In this document: positions 60,784 through 64,000 of the stretch, one piece after another
Layout: each line of letters starts with the position of its first letter
Position numbering within the stretch: the stretch's first letter is position 1
Assembly (NCBI GenBank): GCA_965218975.1
Contig: OZ244717.1
Span: forward strand, 338,347 to 402,346
DNA length: 64,000 nucleotides
Source of the DNA: Candidatus Oxydemutatoraceae bacterium
GTDB taxonomy: Bacteria > Pseudomonadota > Gammaproteobacteria > Poriferisulfidales > Oxydemutatoraceae
Direction: 5' to 3'
Translations under genes and position numbers: made by a program
The notes under the pieces: model-generated
What the model saw: only the letters and a program-made list of their open reading frames with translations
Databases searched by the model: none
What the model was told of the DNA's origin: nothing

Positions 60784-62084
60784 TGTCGCAAGATGAAACG
60801 CGCAGTGTCTATATCGTTGACGGCACTCGAACCCCGATACGAAAATTCCGCGGCAAACCGGGGGGTCTGACTGCGACAAACCTTGCGGTTTCAGCCGGTA
60901 ATGCATTATTGATTCGTCAAACTTTTGACATGAATGCGATTGATGAAGTAATTCTCGGGTGTGTGATGCCTTTACCTAAGGAGGCGAATATTGCCAGAGT
61001 CGCGGCATTGCGGCTGGGTTTGCCGGTGCATATTCCGGCATGGACGGTACAACGTAATTGCGCTTCGGGAATGCAAGCTTTAGATAGCGCAGCGGCTCGC
61101 ATCACACTCGGAGCATCGAATATCGTGCTTGCCGGCGGGGTGGAAGCGATGAGCCATGCGCCGTTGTTATTTGATTCTATGGCAGTGGCTTGGCTAGGGG
61201 AATGGCGCAACGCCCGCTCCGTTCGGCAGAAAATTCGGGCTCTTACTAAACTGCGCTTGCGATATTTCAAACCGGTTGTTTCATTATTGCGCGGACTCAC
61301 CGATCCTACGGTTAATTTGTCGATGGGGCAAACTGCAGAAAACATTGTGCACCGCTTTGGCATCACTCGCGAAGCGATGGACTTGTTTGCGTACGAGAGT
61401 CATAGTCGTTTGGCACGTGCTCAGGATGAAGATGTGTTTAGTGAGGAAATCAGTCCGATCTATGATGATCAAGGGAATGTGTTTATACATGATGATGGTT
61501 TGCGTCGTGATACCGATGCGGAAAAGTTATCTGCGTTACCGGCAGTGTTTGATCGTCGATTCGGTAACGTTACCGCCGGCAATAGCGCACAAATTAGCGA
61601 CGGTGCCGCTTGGTTAATCTTAGCTTCGCATGAAGCAGTGCGCAAGCATCGTCTGCCGGTGTTGGGGAAATTGTGCGCGACTCGTTGGGCGGGATTAGAT
61701 CCGGCACAGATGGGTTTGGGGCCGGCTTTTGCCGTTGCGGCATTATTGTGCGAACGGAAACTTTCACTGCAGGAAATTGACTACTGGGAGATTAATGAAG
61801 CATTTGCGGGGCAGGTGCTTGCCTGTCTTGCCGCTTGGGAAGACGAACGCTTTTGCTGCGAGCAGCTGCGGCTAACCTGCGCGCTAGGGCGATTGAATCG
61901 CACCCGCTTGAATGTTGACGGAGGAGCAATTGCCTGCGGTCATCCGGTGGGCATGAGCGGAGCGCGAATCGTTCTGCATCTACTGCATGTATTGCGTAGA
62001 AATCAGGTAAGGCAAGGCATTGCGACAATGTGCATCGGTGGCGGACAAGGCGGTGCAATGCTAATTGAGCAACCAAATGATTGA
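60783..62084 (+). CDS. fadI: 3-ketoacyl-CoA thiolase (FadI type)
   Basis: Thiolase motifs are VQRNCASGMQALDSAA (active-site Cys), NVDGGAIACGHPVGMSGARI and CIGGGQGGAMLIE. The 433 aa gene is followed by a FadJ-like gene (fadIJ order). The start overlaps the fadE stop by 1 nt. Confidence 0.85.
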   Translation: MSQDETRSVYIVDGTRTPIRKFRGKPGGLTATNLAVSAGNALLIRQTFDMNAIDEVILGCVMPLPKEANIARVAALRLGLPVHIPAWTVQRNCASGMQALDSAAARITLGASNIVLAGGVEAMSHAPLLFDSMAVAWLGEWRNARSVRQKIRALTKLRLRYFKPVVSLLRGLTDPTVNLSMGQTAENIVHRFGITREAMDLFAYESHSRLARAQDEDVFSEEISPIYDDQGNVFIHDDGLRRDTDAEKLSALPAVFDRRFGNVTAGNSAQISDGAAWLILASHEAVRKHRLPVLGKLCATRWAGLDPAQMGLGPAFAVAALLCERKLSLQEIDYWEINEAFAGQVLACLAAWEDERFCCEQLRLTCALGRLNRTRLNVDGGAIACGHPVGMSGARIVLHLLHVLRRNQVRQGIATMCIGGGQGGAMLIEQPND

Positions 62085-64000
62085 GCATGGTCGACAAAGT
62101 CATCGCCATTGGTCGCTTAATTACAATGCGGACGGGATCGGTCGTTTAACTTTGGATTATGCCGATGGCGCGGTAAATGTATTAAATGCCGCAGTGTTGG
62201 AAGAATTAGAAGCGGCATTAACGGACATTATGCAATCTGCTCCTCACGGCCTGATTATTGCGTCGGCAAAGCTTCGGGGATTTCTTGCCGGCGCCGATAT
62301 CGCCGAATTTATTAAATTGGAAAGTCGCCGGCAGGCGTTGGAAAAATTGCGTTACGGACAAGTATTATTTGAACGTATTACACAGCTGAAATGTCCGTCG
62401 GTCGCGATAATTCACGGTTATTGCCTCGGCGGCGGGTTGGAATTGGCGCTTGCTTGTGATTGGCGTGTTGCCGAAGATGCGTCGTCATGCCGTCTCGGCT
62501 TTCCCGAAGTGCGTTTGGGAATCCATCCGGGTTACGGCGGCACTGTTCGCTTACCGGAGTTAGTCGGTGATTTGCCGGCGATGTCTTTAATGTTGCGCGG
62601 ATGCCTAGTCCCTGCACGGCAGGCGCAAGCAATGGGGCTTGTTGACTATGTCGAACCGTTTAGACAATTGGATACTGCCGCAAATCAGCTTGCGGTCAAA
62701 ATATCGCAACGAAAGAAGCCCCGATTTCATGCAATCACACGGCTTTTTCCGGTGCGTCAGACGCTTGCAAAGATTATGCGTCATCAAATCGGGCGGCATG
62801 TACGCCGCGATCATTACCCGGCGCCATATCAGTTGATTAAGCATTGGCAAAGCGCACCTAAAAAAAGAGCGCTGCAACTTGAAGCGGAAGCGCAATCGGT
62901 CGCAACATTGTTTTTATCTCAAACCGCAAGAAATCTTGTACGAGTATTCTTTTTGCGTGAACAGCTTAAAGAGCAAGGAAAGAAACGCACGTTCGAGGCG
63001 CGTCATGTGCATGTGATCGGTGCCGGTGTTATGGGTGGCGACATCGCCGCATGGTGTGCGCTACAGGGGCTTAGGGTTACATTACAAGATCGTGAACCGC
63101 GATTGATTGCCCCGGCAATTGCTCGTGCATACGGCCTATTTCAAAAGAAACTCAAACAGCCGCATCGGCGAATTGCCGCTCGCGACCGTTTGATACCGGA
63201 CCCGAATGCGTGCGGACTTCGGCAAGCGGATGTGATTATTGAAGCGGTATCTGAAAATCTTGAGATTAAACGTGAGATTTTTGCCGCAATTGAACCGCAA
63301 ATTAAAGCGGATGCGATATTAGCGACGAACACTTCAAGTATACCGCTAAAACAGCTGGCGCAAGGGTTGAATCATCCCGAACGTATAGTGGGCTTACACT
63401 TCTTTAATCCGGTCGCTAAAATGGAATTGGTTGAAGTAGTGTACGATACGGCAACCGCTTCCACGCTTGTCGAACAAGCAGCGGCATTTGTTTCGGCAAT
63501 TCGTCGGCTGCCGTTATCGGTGCGGTCGGCGCCGGGGTTCGTCATCAATCGTATTCTGATGCCCTATCTGTCGGAAGCGATTTTATTGGTCGAAGAAGGT
63601 GTGCCGCCAGCTGCAATTGATCATGCGGCTGAGAGTTTCGGGATGCCGATGGGCCCAATTGCCTTAGCAGATACTGTCGGTTTGGATGTGTGTTTGTCGG
63701 TTGCGCAAGTGCTCGGGCAGGCATTTGATCGAATCATACCGGATTCTTTGATACGGCATGTAAACGCACAACGCTTAGGACGCAAAACCGGTCGCGGCTT
63801 TTATGTTTGGAAGAACGGCAAACCGAAACGTGCTCGTTTGCGGCGTTCGCGTCGGTTCGAATTTGATGTCACCGAGCGATTGACAATGACGTTGCTGAAG
63901 GAGTCTATGGCATGTTTAAGCGAGCGGTTAGTCGCTTCATCCGATTTGCTTGACGCCGGTATGATTTTCGGCACCGGTTTTGCGCCGTTTCGCGGCGGGC
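62077..64000 (+). CDS. fadJ: Enoyl-CoA hydratase/3-hydroxyacyl-CoA dehydrogenase FadJ, 3'-truncated by the window edge
   Basis: My own translation from the ATG at 62077 gives MIEHGRQSHRHWSLNYNADGIGRLTLDY.... The crotonase part is FLAGADI..., HGYCLGGGLELALACDWR and FPEVRLGIHPGYGGT. The 3HCDH part is IGAGVMGGDIAAW, ATNTSSIPL and GLHFFNPV. The frame is open to nt 64000. Confidence 0.85.
   Translation, partial: MIEHGRQSHRHWSLNYNADGIGRLTLDYADGAVNVLNAAVLEELEAALTDIMQSAPHGLIIASAKLRGFLAGADIAEFIKLESRRQALEKLRYGQVLFERITQLKCPSVAIIHGYCLGGGLELALACDWRVAEDASSCRLGFPEVRLGIHPGYGGTVRLPELVGDLPAMSLMLRGCLVPARQAQAMGLVDYVEPFRQLDTAANQLAVKISQRKKPRFHAITRLFPVRQTLAKIMRHQIGRHVRRDHYPAPYQLIKHWQSAPKKRALQLEAEAQSVATLFLSQTARNLVRVFFLREQLKEQGKKRTFEARHVHVIGAGVMGGDIAAWCALQGLRVTLQDREPRLIAPAIARAYGLFQKKLKQPHRRIAARDRLIPDPNACGLRQADVIIEAVSENLEIKREIFAAIEPQIKADAILATNTSSIPLKQLAQGLNHPERIVGLHFFNPVAKMELVEVVYDTATASTLVEQAAAFVSAIRRLPLSVRSAPGFVINRILMPYLSEAILLVEEGVPPAAIDHAAESFGMPMGPIALADTVGLDVCLSVAQVLGQAFDRIIPDSLIRHVNAQRLGRKTGRGFYVWKNGKPKRARLRRSRRFEFDVTERLTMTLLKESMACLSERLVASSDLLDAGMIFGTGFAPFRGG

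Overview
The window reads as a proteobacterial-type chromosome segment (fadE-fadIJ, mpl, yaaA, fimT-pilVWX, RND efflux, fpr) carrying two AT-rich accessory islands and an unusual intergenic repeat family.

Island 1 (about 1-30.5 kb) is a stack of defence loci:
- A complete type I-G (formerly I-U) CRISPR-Cas locus: cas3 with a C-terminal HD domain, a Csb3/Cas8u-like gene, csb1, csb2, a cas4-cas1 fusion and cas2. An extra, diverged Csb2-like gene is cut by the left window edge.
- A 73-repeat CRISPR array with internal block duplications of spacers.
- An intact IS1595-family transposase tightly coupled to a DPPY DNA methyltransferase.
- A translationally coupled minus-strand operon that I consider the most interesting object in the window. 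It encodes an NPPF methyltransferase, a small ORF, a PAPS-reductase-fold PP-loop enzyme, a NifS/DndA-type cysteine desulfurase, a sacsin-like GHKL ATPase and three unknown proteins. It resembles Dnd/Ssp DNA phosphorothioation modules but has a non-canonical gene set.
- A decayed second IS1595 transposase.
- A type II R-M pair.

Island 2 (about 44.8-51.8 kb) is a type III-like res...mod pair split by a 2.6 kb insert. The insert holds a DUF488 fusion protein, a frameshifted duplicate of the res nuclease domain and a frameshifted ClpP-fold protease.

A mosaic GC-rich repeat family occurs at four same-orientation loci plus one inverted fragment. Each full copy has a G/T-rich phased head, about 97 bp two-hairpin units and a conserved tail. 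It brackets two genes for secreted or membrane proteins and abuts sigma70-like promoters.

Several genes carry single-base homopolymer frameshifts. These may be real decay or assembly errors. All family assignments rest on motifs read by eye; no searches were run.
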